64,000 bases of DNA from an uncultured delta proteobacterium (GCA_963765675.1 CAVXXK010000001.1:1056001-1120000); one strand, 5' to 3'. Shown: positions 32,172 to 42,601, numbered from the stretch's first letter. Program-made: numbers and translations. Notes: generated by a model from the sequence alone, not told the origin.

Positions 32172-32938
32172 ATGAATGTTGTGCCAAAGATGCTGATCGG
32201 CCACTCGCTTCGGGAGATAAAGTTGCTTCCGCTGGCCCACCAGCTTGCGGAAACAAACCGGCTGGCGCGGAAGCGGGTCGGCGACACCGCGATCGCGCGG
32301 CTGCGCTGGCTGCTCCGGTTCTGCGCAGCTTCGCCTCGGAAGGTTTCAAGCGGCTCTCCGGTCCCGCTCTGCGCGATCTCGAAGCTGAGGCTTACAGCTT
32401 TAGCTGTTGGAGCGGGATGCACCCGGAGCACGGCTGGATCGCGCTAACCAGCCCGGCTCCGATGAGATAGGCCAAGTGGCCGAGCACAAGCTCACGCCTA
32501 AAGAGATGGGCGATCTTGCAGGCCAGCTAAACACGGCGATTCGCGGGTTGCTCGAAGGCCAACCGTGGATGTTGATGGTAGGTAAATCCGGGCTTGTGTG
32601 GCGCGCCATCAGCCAAAGTTTTATGCCTCCTGGGGCGGTGATCGCCGCGAGATTTTCTTGATGGCGGCATTGGACCTTCTCGTCGCTGAAGGTTCGCGCA
32701 TTTCGCGATGCGCTTGGGAGCCGTGCGGAAAATTGTTTGTCCGCCGCAAGCGCGGGGCCTATTGCTCGCGTTCGTGCTCTCAGAAGGCCAGAACGGCGAA
32801 ATATCGGGAACGGATCGGAGAGGAAAAGTGGCGCGAGAAGCGCCACGAGATTTATCGAGCAGCGAATCAGAAAGTTGACCCGCAAGCCAAAGCTGCGGGT
32901 TCCGAGGCGCAAACGGAGAAAGGGAGCATAGGCGATGA
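32172..32938 (+). pseudogene. CGNR-like C4 Zn-finger regulator, frameshifted (end approximate)
   Basis: RCAWEPCGKLF...AYCSRSC...R; N-terminal part spread over several frames. Confidence 0.65.
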
Positions 32939-34100
32939 GTACTTTCAAACGCGGAGAGGTTTACTGGTACGAATTTCAATTCAACGGCTCGCGCATCCGT
33001 GAGAGCGCGCATACGCCATCGAAAACGATCGCGAAGCAGGCGGAACAGCAACGCCGCCGCGACCTGGAGCGCGCGATAAATCGAATCCCGAAGCCCGCGA
33101 CTATGCCGCTGTTCAAACTCGCGGCGGAGCGCGTAATCGAAGACAAGCGCGCGCGCAGGGCATGGAACACAGGCGAGCTCTACCGCTACGCACTCAAGCC
33201 GGTGATCGAGGAATTCGGCGGCCGGTTGGTTTGCGACATTTCGCCCGAAGACATCGCCGCCTACCAGACGAAGAGACTTGCCTTCGGCATGTCGCCCGGA
33301 CGGTCAATCTCGAAGTCGGCGCGCTCCGGGCGGTACTGAAGGCGCATCGTCTGTGGGGTCCGATCGCCGATGCGGTCGAAATGCTGCGAGAACGGAAAGA
33401 CGTCGGCCGGGCAGTCAGCTATGAAGACGAACAGAAACTCATCGACGCGGCTGGAAAGAGTCGATCGCCCGCGCTTCTGCCGCTGCTCGTCCTGACTCTC
33501 GATAGCGGTCTTCGTGCGGCGGAGATTCGCGCATTGCATCGCGAAGACTTAAGCGTGGTCTGGAAGGATGGCGTCGTCGAGCACGGTCGGCTGACGGTCC
33601 GTAAATCGAAGACGGAAGCCGGAGCGGGGCGCACAATCCCGCTGACACGGCGCGCGTGCGCTGTCCTTACCATCTGGCTCGCACGATTCCCGCAGGCAAC
33701 GCCAGAGTCGTTCCTGTTCCCGCGCCACAGCGTCGGGCTGATCGGTAACAACAGAATTCCCGGCCTCCACGGTATCGAGATGGACGAGCCGATTGGATCA
33801 TGGAAGAAGGCTTGGAGGGTTTGCTGCGACGCCGCAGGCGCCCGGTATCGGTGGCACGATCTCAGGCACACGTTCATCACGCGCCTTGCGGAGCGGCCGG
33901 AAGTCTCGGAGCAGACAATCATGAGCCTCGCGGGGCATGTGTCTCGCTCGATGCTCGCGCGGTACAGCCACATTCGCTCGCAGGCGAAGCAGGCCGCGAT
34001 CACGGCACTGGAGCAAGCAGGAGAAACGGCCGCTTTTGAGGCACGGTCCCCACAAAAGTCCCCACAGTCGATCGCCGCGTCGAAGCCCGTCCTGAACTGA
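32935..34100 (+). CDS. int: tyrosine integrase, 1-nt deletion near 33296
   Basis: N-terminal FKRGEVYWYEF arm-binding domain; R (GLRAAE), K (KSKT), HDLR, GH, RYSH catalytic residues all present. Confidence 0.9.
34046..34067 (+). repeat. arm-type site pair GTCCCCACAAAAGTCCCCACAG inside int 3' end
   Basis: Direct repeat matching 26659-26680. Confidence 0.7.
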
Positions 34101-34136
34101 ATCTCCGAAAACGCGAGGATAGGAAAGGGATTTTAT

Positions 34137-34214
34137 TGGTGGACGCAGCAGGATTTGAACCTGCGACCCCATGCATGTGAGGCATGTGCTCTAACCGAGC
34201 TGAGCTATGCGTCC
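34137..34214 (-). tRNA. tRNA-Val (anticodon CAC)
   Basis: Acceptor GGACGCA/TGCGTCC, D arm, anticodon CATGC-CTCACAT-GCATG, T arm GCAGG-TTCAAAT-CCTGC, encoded ACCA. Confidence 0.97.
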
Positions 34215-34346
34215 ACCGGGAATCGCGATTATCGCGCCGGCGCATCAGCCTAGCAAGCCCGTTCGTCGCGCTCGCGCTTGACTCCGCCCCGGTGCTCGGA
34301 CAGCTATTCTAGCGCGGGCCATGCCGGTCCGTATTTGGTTCCCAAA

Positions 34347-35744
34347 GTGCGCAGAATAGCTATTATCGGCGCCGGCTTCAGCGGATCGATCCTCGCGGTA
34401 CAACTGCTGCGCCGGCTCGGGACCGACGCTGCCGCCGATCTGCATATCGATTTGATCGGCAAACGCGGATTCGCCCGCGGACTGGCTTATTCGACCACCA
34501 GCGAACGCCATCTGCTCAACGTTCCCGCCGGCAAGATGAGCGCGTTTCCCGCCGAGCCTGACCACTTTCTCAATTGGCTGCGAAGCCACGCGGAGTTGGT
34601 TGGCGATTCTCAAATCAAACCCACCAGCTTCGTTCCGCGGCTTATCTATGGGCGCTATCTCGAAGATCTGCTCGCGCAGGCGAGCCGAGCGAATCCTGAA
34701 CGAATCACGGCGCATCGCGAGACCGCGATCGCGGTCAAGGCGCTCGGCGACGGATTGCGAGTCAGCTTTGCGGACGGCAAAAATCTGGACGACGATTTCG
34801 TGGTGCTCGCGCCGGGAAATTTCGCGCCCGCGGATCCTCCGGTGGCCGATCCGGCCTTCTACAAGTCCTCTTTCTATCGACGCGATCCTTGGGCCGACGG
34901 CGCACTCGATCAAATCGAACCCAACGCGCCGGTTCTGTTGATCGGTGCAGCTCTGACCACGGTCGATATTGCGATTTCGCTTATCGAGCGCGGCCACATC
35001 GGCGTGATTCACGCGATCTCGCGTCATGGATTGCTGCCGCGCCGCCATCTGGCGGCTTCTGCGGCTCCCGCGATCGCGCCGTTCGAGCTCGACGCGCTGC
35101 CGGCGTCGGCGCGGGCGATGCTGCGTGCGGTTCGCACGCGAATCGGTGCCGAATCGGCGCGCGGAGTTCCGTGGCAATCTGTAATCGACGCGTTGCGTCC
35201 TGTCACGCAGGACTTATGGCGCCGCGCGGCGATGGCCGAACGTACGCGCTTCCTGCGCCATCTGCGGCCGTGGTGGGACGTCCACCGGCATCGCGTCGCG
35301 CCGGGGATTGGTGCGCGTATCGATGCGGCCCAGGCCTCCGGCCAGCTTGTCTTCCATGCCGGGCGGATTGAGCGTTACCGAATCGAAGGCTCGACGGTGC
35401 GCGTCGAATATCGAAGTCGCGAGTCGGCCGAGCTCGAATCTCTGCGAGTCGCACGGGTGATCAATTGCTCGGGACCGTCCTCGGATTATCGCAAGATCGA
35501 CGATCCGCTGATTCAGTCGATGCTCCGAAGCGGGATCGTCCGCACCGACCAGTCGCGCCTGGGACTCGAAGTCACCGCCGATCTTCGTCTGGTCGCCGCT
35601 GACGGCGCTGCGAATCCACGTTTGTTCGCACTCGGCTCGATAACCAAGGGTGCATATTGGGAAATTATCGCCGTGCCTGATTTGCGCGTGCAGTGCGAAG
35701 CTCTCGCCGAGCGCATCGCGCGCGAGGCGGGCGAGATTGCGTAA
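34347..35744 (+). CDS. FAD/NAD(P)-binding oxidoreductase
   Basis: IAIIGAGFSG, GLAYST..HLLNV, WWDVHRHR.AP, WEIIAVPDLR.Q. Confidence 0.85.
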   Translation: MRRIAIIGAGFSGSILAVQLLRRLGTDAAADLHIDLIGKRGFARGLAYSTTSERHLLNVPAGKMSAFPAEPDHFLNWLRSHAELVGDSQIKPTSFVPRLIYGRYLEDLLAQASRANPERITAHRETAIAVKALGDGLRVSFADGKNLDDDFVVLAPGNFAPADPPVADPAFYKSSFYRRDPWADGALDQIEPNAPVLLIGAALTTVDIAISLIERGHIGVIHAISRHGLLPRRHLAASAAPAIAPFELDALPASARAMLRAVRTRIGAESARGVPWQSVIDALRPVTQDLWRRAAMAERTRFLRHLRPWWDVHRHRVAPGIGARIDAAQASGQLVFHAGRIERYRIEGSTVRVEYRSRESAELESLRVARVINCSGPSSDYRKIDDPLIQSMLRSGIVRTDQSRLGLEVTADLRLVAADGAANPRLFALGSITKGAYWEIIAVPDLRVQCEALAERIAREAGEIA

Positions 35745-35831
35745 TCCGCGCGGCTGCATTTGACCTGAGCGTTGCGCCTGCGCGAAGGTTGCGAAAGCCG
35801 GCGCGCCACGGCGCGCCACAGGAGGACGGCT

Positions 35832-36440
35832 ATGGGGCGACTCAAGCAAGTGAGCCTCGGCGAGGCTTCGCCCGAGGTCAAGGAACTCTACAAACAGTTT
35901 TTCGGCGACCGCGATCCGGTTAAGCATCCGGGCACCGCAACCGGCACTCCCGGCGACTACTGGACCACTTTCGCGCTGGTGCCGGATCTACTTTTCCAGG
36001 CCCGAAATTCCCTGATGGCCCTGATGCAGCCCGGGCGCAAGCTGCCGGCCAAGCTGCGCGAGCTCGCGATCTTGCGCACCGGAATCGTCGGCGATTCGAG
36101 GTTCGAGTATTCGCAGCATCTGAAAGTCGCACGGATGGTCGGTGTCTCCGACGACAAACTCGCCGCGATCAAGAGCTGGCCGCTGTCCGATAAATTCAGT
36201 CCGGCCGAGCGCGCCGTGATGCAGGTGACTGACGAAATCGTGGGGCGTAATCTGGTCGAAGATGAGTCATTCGCCGCGCTCAAGGAGCATCTCGAGGACG
36301 CGCAGATCATGGAGCTGTTCTACGTCATCGGGCTATGGCGGATGCACGGGATGATCGTGCGCGCGTTGCATCTCGAATTCGACGGCGATACCACCGCGCG
36401 GATGAAGGAAGTGCCGGCGCCCGCACCGGCCAAAGGTTAA
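35832..36440 (+). CDS. carboxymuconolactone decarboxylase/AhpD family protein
   Basis: LRELAILR......FEYSQH motif; GGAGG SD. Confidence 0.8.
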   Translation: MGRLKQVSLGEASPEVKELYKQFFGDRDPVKHPGTATGTPGDYWTTFALVPDLLFQARNSLMALMQPGRKLPAKLRELAILRTGIVGDSRFEYSQHLKVARMVGVSDDKLAAIKSWPLSDKFSPAERAVMQVTDEIVGRNLVEDESFAALKEHLEDAQIMELFYVIGLWRMHGMIVRALHLEFDGDTTARMKEVPAPAPAKG

Positions 36441-36469
36441 CGGCGACGGAAAATCCGGAGGCGATGACG

Positions 36470-36700
36470 ATGAAGATCGTGGTTTATACGCAGGACCGCT
36501 GCCCCGCGTGCCATCAGGCGATGGAATATCTTTCGCGCAACCAGGTTGCGTTCACTGAAAAGAACATCACGCATGATTCCGTGGCGCGCGACGAGTTGAT
36601 CGCCAAGGGCTTTCGCGCGACGCCGGTCACGATGTTCGACGATCAACCGATCCTCGGCTTCAGCCTCCCGCAATTCAGAAAAGCCCTCGGCCTTAACTGA
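36470..36700 (+). CDS. glutaredoxin-like (NrdH-type) protein
   Basis: VYT...CPAC, TPV, ILGF; GGAGG SD. Confidence 0.88.
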   Translation: MKIVVYTQDRCPACHQAMEYLSRNQVAFTEKNITHDSVARDELIAKGFRATPVTMFDDQPILGFSLPQFRKALGLN

Positions 36701-36752
36701 TCTATCGGATTAGGGAAGATACGCTTTTCGTGGTTGATTTATTTAGGTGATT

Positions 36753-36771
36753 TGACTAGTCTGTCTAGTCA
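36753..36771. promoter_or_regulatory. operator palindrome of TA operon
   Basis: TGACTAG-N5-CTAGTCA, 25 bp upstream of the antitoxin ATG. Confidence 0.65.
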
Positions 36772-36796
36772 GAAGCGATTCTAACGCGGATTTTCG

Positions 36797-37036
36797 ATGA
36801 AGTGGCAGATCCAGCAGGCCAAGGCACGGTTCAGCGAGTTCGTTGATCGCACGCTGAAAGAAGGACCGCAAACCGTTACGCGTCGCGGGAAAGCGGTCGC
36901 CGTGCTGGTTCCTGCTGACGAATATCGCCGCCTTCGAGCTGGCGGTAAAAGCCTCAAGGCGTTATTGGCGGCGGCTCCGCTTGAGGGCGTCGAGATCATT
37001 CGGCCGAGGGACACCGGTCGAGTCGTGGATCTCTAG
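36797..37036 (+). CDS. Phd/YefM family antitoxin
   Basis: WQIQQAKARFSE.V.....GPQ.VTRRG...AV. Confidence 0.92.
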   Translation: MKWQIQQAKARFSEFVDRTLKEGPQTVTRRGKAVAVLVPADEYRRLRAGGKSLKALLAAAPLEGVEIIRPRDTGRVVDL

Positions 37037-37052
37037 AATACTTCCGTTTTCC

Positions 37053-37469
37053 GTGTACCTGATCGACACCAACGTTATCTCCGAGATCCGTAAGGGCATC
37101 CGCTGCGATACGAAAGTTGCGGCGTGGTTCCGGCAGGTGCGGGACGATGACCTCTACCTGAGCGTGTTGGTAATTGGCGAAATTCGGCAAGGGATCGAAC
37201 GGGTCCGCGCGCGAGACCCCAGCCAGGCTCGAGCGCTGGAGGATTGGCTCGAAGAACTACTCGCCGGCTTCGCGGAGCGCATTCTGAAGATTGACAATCG
37301 CGTCGCTCAAACTTGGGGACGCCTTAGCCCACTCGGTAGCTTCCCGGTCGTCGATGCATTGCTCGCTGCGACCGCGCTGACGCACGGTTTGACGCTGGTG
37401 ACCCGCAACCTCAACGACGTGGAGCGATCCGGCGTGCGATGCCTCAATCCGTTCGAGTTCGAAACCTGA
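37053..37469 (+). CDS. vapC: VapC PIN-domain toxin
   Basis: YLIDTNVISE, GEI..G, DALLAATA, VTRN..D. Confidence 0.92.
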   Translation: MYLIDTNVISEIRKGIRCDTKVAAWFRQVRDDDLYLSVLVIGEIRQGIERVRARDPSQARALEDWLEELLAGFAERILKIDNRVAQTWGRLSPLGSFPVVDALLAATALTHGLTLVTRNLNDVERSGVRCLNPFEFET

Positions 37470-37895
37470 TCAGACGGCGTTCATCAGGCGGATAACTTCG
37501 GCGCGGCCCCATTCCACTTCGGCGCGATGATGATTCGCCATCGCGGAGAGAAAATCGTGGATCGGGCCGCTCGGCGGCGCGACCGCGAGCGCGTCCTCGC
37601 TCTTGCGTGCGGCCCATTCCTGCCCGCGCGACAGCAGGCTCAGACGCTCGCGAACCGTCGGCAGCGCGGCGACCTTGGCGGCGAACGGTCCAGTCTTGTC
37701 CGACGGTGCGCCGCCGTTCGTGCGAATCAGCGCCTCGAGTTCGCGGACGTTGCGCGCTTCTTCTTCGCTCGCGCCGCGCAGAAAGACGCGCAACTGCTCC
37801 TGCTCGACCTCGCGGATCAGCTCCTCGAGCGCGAGCGTTCCGGCCCGCTCGGATTCGAGCAGCAAATTGAGGGCATCCTGAAGCCGCGGGTCCAC
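37470..37895 (-). CDS. ferritin-like four-helix hypothetical protein
   Basis: LLESERAG, EE..N, RGQ.W, M...H pattern. Confidence 0.65.
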   Translation of the reverse strand: MDPRLQDALNLLLESERAGTLALEELIREVEQEQLRVFLRGASEEEARNVRELEALIRTNGGAPSDKTGPFAAKVAALPTVRERLSLLSRGQEWAARKSEDALAVAPPSGPIHDFLSAMANHHRAEVEWGRAEVIRLMNAV

Positions 37896-37964
37896 GGCGC
37901 GAATCTAGTAAGGGTGACGCGCAGGCGCAAGCCGCAGCCGTCGATTGGACGGGCAGTCGGCGGA

Positions 37965-38324
37965 CTACTTCATAAGCATCCGGATCGAGACCGCTATCAG
38001 GAAGATCGCAAACGCGCGGCGCAGGAGGACCGGCGCGATGCCGACCGCGACCTTTCCTCCGAGGTATCCTCCGAAGATGAGCCCGAGCGCCAGCATCGCG
38101 GCGAATCCGATGTTCACGTTGCCGGTCTTGTAATACTCGTACGCGCCGAGAATCCCGACCGGCGGCAGCAGCGCCGCCAGCGAGGTGCCGACCGCCGCAT
38201 GCATCGGCATCGCAAGCAGCACCACCAGCGTCGGAACGATCAAGACTCCGCCGCCGACTCCGAAAAAGCCGCTCAGAACGCCGGCAATAAGTCCGATTGC
38301 CAGAACGATCAGCATCTCGCTCAT
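37965..38324 (-). CDS. TauE/SafE (TSUP) family half-size transporter
   Basis: AG.LSG.FGVGGG..IVP, A.GTSLA. Confidence 0.88.
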   Translation of the reverse strand: MSEMLIVLAIGLIAGVLSGFFGVGGGVLIVPTLVVLLAMPMHAAVGTSLAALLPPVGILGAYEYYKTGNVNIGFAAMLALGLIFGGYLGGKVAVGIAPVLLRRAFAIFLIAVSIRMLMK

Positions 38325-38422
38325 GTAGGATCTCGTCTCGATGGCCGTGTTTGATTGCATCGCAATTCCGTCAGGATGCGGACAGTAGCAGAGCCGCGCA
38401 ATCGGATCGAAGAGCGCCGGAG

Positions 38423-39406
38423 CTAGCGTTCGACGGCGGACTTCGCGAGCTTGTCGCTCAGCAGTTCGGCCAGGCGTTCGGCGGGCAGGCGGCGAAGATC
38501 CGCGATCGCGAAGCCTGACGCGGCGGCGTGTCCGCCTCCGCCAAAACCCTCGGCCAGCAGCGCAAGGTTGATGTCGCAATCCGCGCTGCGGCGCAGGCTG
38601 ACTCCCTGGCTGCGAAGGTCGAACAGCGCGACGACCGTGCGATGCTGCCCTTCGTAGAGGTGCGAGGCCACTTCGCTGCTGTAGCCGAAGCAACACGCGG
38701 TGCGTACCTTGATTCCGTTGGCGAGCTTCCGATCAACCATCGTGGCGCGTGCGAGCTCGAGGCTTTTTTGCATCCCCTCTTTCCCGGCTTCCAGGGCGGA
38801 GCGAAGCCGCCGCGTCATCACCGGCTCGTGCAGGCGAAGAATTTCGCGATATGAATTCCTTCCGCCCAGGGTCTGCACAGCGAGTGCCCAATCGGCGGAC
38901 TCGGGAATCTTGTGGATCCAGCGATCGTGATCGTCGGCGATCGCGGCGAAGGGCGCGAACGCTTCGAACTCTTCGCGCCGCCTGGCCGGCATAGAATCGC
39001 GAGCCAGCTTGCGCAGATAATTGAAGGTCAGGCGCGCGGCCGAGTATTGCTCGGAAAGAATCTTGACGGTGAATGGAACCTTGAACTCTGGCGCGCCCGC
39101 GCGGGACACTGCGGTGCGATGATGATCGATCCAGAAGACCCGCGCCCCGCGTTCGATCAGCGAAGTCAGATGCGCGCCGGTCTCGGGCAGGGTCCACGAC
39201 AGATCGGTGATCCAGATTTCGTCGTTTTTAGCGTTCGACGACTTGAGCTCGAGACCGCGAATCGTCCGGTCGGCTTCGTTGTTGCCGGCCAGCGTCGCGA
39301 TCACATGCTCGCCATCATAAAAGCGGGCGACCGCCGCGGCCGCCATCACGCCGTCGAGGCATGAGGGTCCGTGGCTGACGATCTGGATAGTGCGCGATTC
39401 GGGCAT
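38423..39406 (-). CDS. DHH/DHHA1 phosphoesterase
   Basis: SH..CLDG, ITDLS, IDHH, D.D.W, GGGGHAAASG. Confidence 0.88.
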   Translation of the reverse strand: MPESRTIQIVSHGPSCLDGVMAAAAVARFYDGEHVIATLAGNNEADRTIRGLELKSSNAKNDEIWITDLSWTLPETGAHLTSLIERGARVFWIDHHRTAVSRAGAPEFKVPFTVKILSEQYSAARLTFNYLRKLARDSMPARRREEFEAFAPFAAIADDHDRWIHKIPESADWALAVQTLGGRNSYREILRLHEPVMTRRLRSALEAGKEGMQKSLELARATMVDRKLANGIKVRTACCFGYSSEVASHLYEGQHRTVVALFDLRSQGVSLRRSADCDINLALLAEGFGGGGHAAASGFAIADLRRLPAERLAELLSDKLAKSAVER

Positions 39407-39985
39407 GGGGATGCGACTATAAGGAAAAGCGCGTCGGCAAGCGAACGGGAGCGCCCACCGCTTCGCGCGCAGGCGGCCAACGCGTTGACGATCGCGCGTT
39501 TCGGACTGGCCGCGGCATGGATCGCGATCTATCTGGCAGCGCCCGCGGCGCGGCTTGCGTTTGCTGTGATCGCGATCGCGGCGGCGGCCAGCGATTTCCT
39601 TGACGGCCGGCTCGCGCGACGCCTCGGAGTCGGCGGCGGAGCGGGACGATGGCTCGATCCGGTGGCCGACGTCACCTTTGTGCTGGCCGCGCTCGGTTGC
39701 GCCGCGGCGGCAGGCGCGATTCCACTCTATATTCCGATTCTTATCGTCGCTTCGTTTTCACAATACGCGATCGATTCGAGAATACTGCAGCGAGCGGACG
39801 GTCCCATCCGAAGCCGGCTCGGACACTACGGAGGCGTCGTCAACTATGCGCTAGTGCTGGTGCTCGCGCTGACGCCGCCGGGAGGGGCTGCGGGCGCCGC
39901 GATCAAAACCGCGGCGCCCGCGATTGCGCTGTTCTATGTCGCGGCGATTATCGAGCGCGCGCTGGCCTATCGGTCGCACGGCTGA
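39371..39985 (+). CDS. CDP-alcohol phosphatidyltransferase (start uncertain)
   Basis: N.LT..R and DFLDG.LARR...G..LDP.AD signature. Confidence 0.88.
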   Translation: MADDLDSARFGHGDATIRKSASASERERPPLRAQAANALTIARFGLAAAWIAIYLAAPAARLAFAVIAIAAAASDFLDGRLARRLGVGGGAGRWLDPVADVTFVLAALGCAAAAGAIPLYIPILIVASFSQYAIDSRILQRADGPIRSRLGHYGGVVNYALVLVLALTPPGGAAGAAIKTAAPAIALFYVAAIIERALAYRSHG

Positions 39986-40013
39986 GTGGCGCTTCGCAGC
40001 AATCAGCCTGTTC

Positions 40014-40544
40014 TCAGGAAATCTTCGCCAGCAGATTCTTCATATCGTCGGCGTGCTCTTCTTCCACCTTCAGAATCTGCTCGATCAGGATTCGCGTGGT
40101 CGGGTCCTTATCGCTGAGCCATCGCACGATGTCCGAATACGATTCGATCGCGATTCGCTCGGCCACCAGGTCTTCCTTGATCATGTCGGTCAGAGAAGCG
40201 CTTTCGTCGTATTGGGAATGCGAGCGCTCGGCCATGCCCTCGGGGCTGTAGTTCGGCTTTCCGCCGAGCTGGCTGATGCGCTCGGCGATCCAGTCGGCAT
40301 GCTGCTGCTCCTCGCCGGCGTGCTGCAGGAATTCCTGGCGCGCGGGGTCGGCGTAGATGCCGTCGGCGGTGTAGTAGTGGCGCTTGTAGCGCAGCACGCA
40401 GACGATCTCGGTCGCCAGGACGTCGTTGAGCACCTTGACGACTTCCTTGCGGTCGGCCTTGTAGCCGTCGGTTACAGGACCTTCCTCCATATGCTTGCGC
40501 GCGCGCTCGCGGATTTTCTTAACGTCGGTGACAAATTTTGCCAT
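40014..40544 (-). CDS. bacterioferritin/Dps-like ferritin family protein
   Basis: LATE, EE..HAD, DLVAERIAI, EEEHADD ferroxidase residues. Confidence 0.88.
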   Translation of the reverse strand: MAKFVTDVKKIRERARKHMEEGPVTDGYKADRKEVVKVLNDVLATEIVCVLRYKRHYYTADGIYADPARQEFLQHAGEEQQHADWIAERISQLGGKPNYSPEGMAERSHSQYDESASLTDMIKEDLVAERIAIESYSDIVRWLSDKDPTTRILIEQILKVEEEHADDMKNLLAKIS

Positions 40545-40734
40545 GCGATGAGGCTCCTTTCAGGTGTGGTGCAATCGTACCGCGTTTTGGACTCAGGATG
40601 CACGGTTTTTCCTACTACGCGTCCGGCTGCATCGGCAACAATCGCGCCGCCCGGAAAGCGCCTTTGGGGGGCGATGAAGAGCGGCGAGCGTCGTGCTAGG
40701 TTCTTGAGCGGCGGTTGGGGAGGACGAAGGGGGC

Positions 40735-42147
40735 GTGACTCCGGCCGCAAGGTCACCGGAATTGGAACCGCGCACTATTGTCCGCTCAGAGCATCCGATC
40801 TCGCGCCGCGATATCGATCCCAACGTATTGAAGGTCCTGTACCGCTTGGGCGCTGCCGGCCACGTCGCCTATTTGGTCGGCGGATCGGTGCGGGACCTGA
40901 TGCTGGGGCGGCGGCCCAAGGACTTCGACGTCGCGACCTCGGCGCACCCGCAGCAGGTCCGCGATCTGTTTCGCAACTCGCGCCTGATCGGGCGGCGCTT
41001 TCGGCTGGTCCACGTCTTTTTCGGGCCGCAAAATATCGAGGTCGCGACTTTTCGCCGCCAGAGCGAAGAGGTCGCCACCGAGGGCGACCCGCTGATTCGC
41101 GCCGACAATACTTTCGGTACTCCAGAGGAGGACGCGTTTCGCCGCGACTTCACCGTCAACTCGCTGTTTTACGACCCGCAGACATTTAACGTAATTGATT
41201 ATGCGGGCGGCGCAGACGACCTGCGGGCGCGGCTCATCCGGACTATCGGCGCGCCCGAACTGCGGATGCGCGAGGATCCGGTGCGGATGATGCGTGCTGT
41301 GCGCTTCGCCGCAAAACTCGGCTTCGAGATCGAACCGGCCACCCGCGCCGCAATCGAAACGCATCGTGGCGATCTCGCAAAGGCTTCCGTCCCACGTCTG
41401 GTTGAAGAGACCTACCGCACATTGGGCCAGCCTGCCGCTGCGCGCGCCGCCGCCTTGATGGACGAGATCGGCCTGCTCGAGGCGCTGATTCCATTTCTCT
41501 CGGAGCATCTCAAGCGGCATCCGGGCGATCCGGCCGATGCACCGACGATCCGCAACCTGGCGGCTCTCGGAAAGATGTTCGAGGGAGTCGCCACGCCCGA
41601 TCACGCTTTTGTGCTCGCCGCGATGATGCTTGATCTGGCGCGCCGCGATACCACCAGCCGGGGCGACTTCGATTTGCTCGGCGAGTTGCGCGCGCGCGGG
41701 TTTGCCCGCGGAGACACCGAGCGGATGCGCCTGATCCACGACGCGTTCGAGAACATGGCCACGCCCTCGCGCCGCACGCGGCGCCTGATGCGCCGGCCGT
41801 ACTTCGCCTCGGCGCGCCAGTTTTTCGAGGCGATGGCGCCGACCTACGGAATCGACACCCGAGTGCTTGCCCGCTATCTCGAAAATCCCGACGGAGTTGT
41901 TGCACGCTCGCAGCCGCAAGCCAACTCCGAAGCTCCGGCGGGCGGCGGCCACCGGCGCCGGAGACGACGCCGCCGTGGCGGCAGAATGCATCGGCGCAAC
42001 GGTTCTCCCGACAGGGTCACATCCGCCGCGCAAGTCCTCGACGGCCCGCACGCCATCAAGGCGGACGTCAACGGCGACGTACGCGTTGAAGCGTCGGTCG
42101 AATCTTCGCCGCCGTCCGGCACCCCGCACTCCGAACCTCGCAGCTAA
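40735..42147 (+). CDS. pcnB: poly(A) polymerase I
   Basis: VGGSVRD, KDFDVAT, PAP signature LIGRRFRLVHV, RRDFTVN, EDPVRM.RA; Arg-rich tail. Confidence 0.9.
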   Translation: MTPAARSPELEPRTIVRSEHPISRRDIDPNVLKVLYRLGAAGHVAYLVGGSVRDLMLGRRPKDFDVATSAHPQQVRDLFRNSRLIGRRFRLVHVFFGPQNIEVATFRRQSEEVATEGDPLIRADNTFGTPEEDAFRRDFTVNSLFYDPQTFNVIDYAGGADDLRARLIRTIGAPELRMREDPVRMMRAVRFAAKLGFEIEPATRAAIETHRGDLAKASVPRLVEETYRTLGQPAAARAAALMDEIGLLEALIPFLSEHLKRHPGDPADAPTIRNLAALGKMFEGVATPDHAFVLAAMMLDLARRDTTSRGDFDLLGELRARGFARGDTERMRLIHDAFENMATPSRRTRRLMRRPYFASARQFFEAMAPTYGIDTRVLARYLENPDGVVARSQPQANSEAPAGGGHRRRRRRRRGGRMHRRNGSPDRVTSAAQVLDGPHAIKADVNGDVRVEASVESSPPSGTPHSEPRS

Positions 42148-42181
42148 ACCCAGATCGTCACTTCGAGCTCTGGGCGAGCGG

Positions 42182-42592
42182 CTAGGCGCCGTCAGCCGCC
42201 TCTTGTAGGCGCTCGTCGGCGGTCAGGAGTTCCAAGCCTGCAATCTTCTCCCGCGCCAATACAAAAGTCGCCAGATGCAGCGCGTCCAGTGTTCGGAGCG
42301 CTTTTCCGGGTGAAACCCGCCGCGCCATCTCACACACCGACGCGGTTAATTCCCAAATGTCGCATCGTGCCCAGACCACATCGATCTCACGTTGCGCGTC
42401 GGCAAGTTGCGTTTCGCTCACTTGGCCGAGTTGGCGCAGGCGATGAATCGCGCGCGATGACTCCACGATCGAGAGCCGCGATGTAATGAGCGCCGGCGCT
42501 GCCGCGATTCGCGATTCGAGCGCGGGACTGGTCCCGTTTTCGACGACCGCTCGCAGAACGGCTGAGGTGTCCAGATAGAGGCAATTCGCCAT
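42182..42592 (-). CDS. vapC: VapC PIN-domain toxin
   Basis: LYLDTSA, LRTLDALHLAT, TAD.RL. Confidence 0.9.
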   Translation of the reverse strand: MANCLYLDTSAVLRAVVENGTSPALESRIAAAPALITSRLSIVESSRAIHRLRQLGQVSETQLADAQREIDVVWARCDIWELTASVCEMARRVSPGKALRTLDALHLATFVLAREKIAGLELLTADERLQEAADGA

Positions 42593-42601
42593 GGTTCGAG
42601 G

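Larger units (their letters stand above)
26483..34181. mobile_element. ~7.6 kb integrative element (phage-satellite/PICI-like) in tRNA-Val(CAC)
   Basis: 45-bp terminal direct repeats; integrase, Zn-finger regulator, divergent excisionase, primase/helicase, hicAB; no capsid, terminase or conjugation genes. Confidence 0.88.

Noticed and set aside
33285-33305. Programmed frameshift in the integrase
   Set aside because: No slippery heptamer; one missing C in a short run fits the window-wide indel pattern.
40786-42129. Long antisense ORFs (also 11665-13029, 45841-47112, 61325-62800)
   Set aside because: Typical high-GC shadows opposite well-supported genes; no recognisable motifs.
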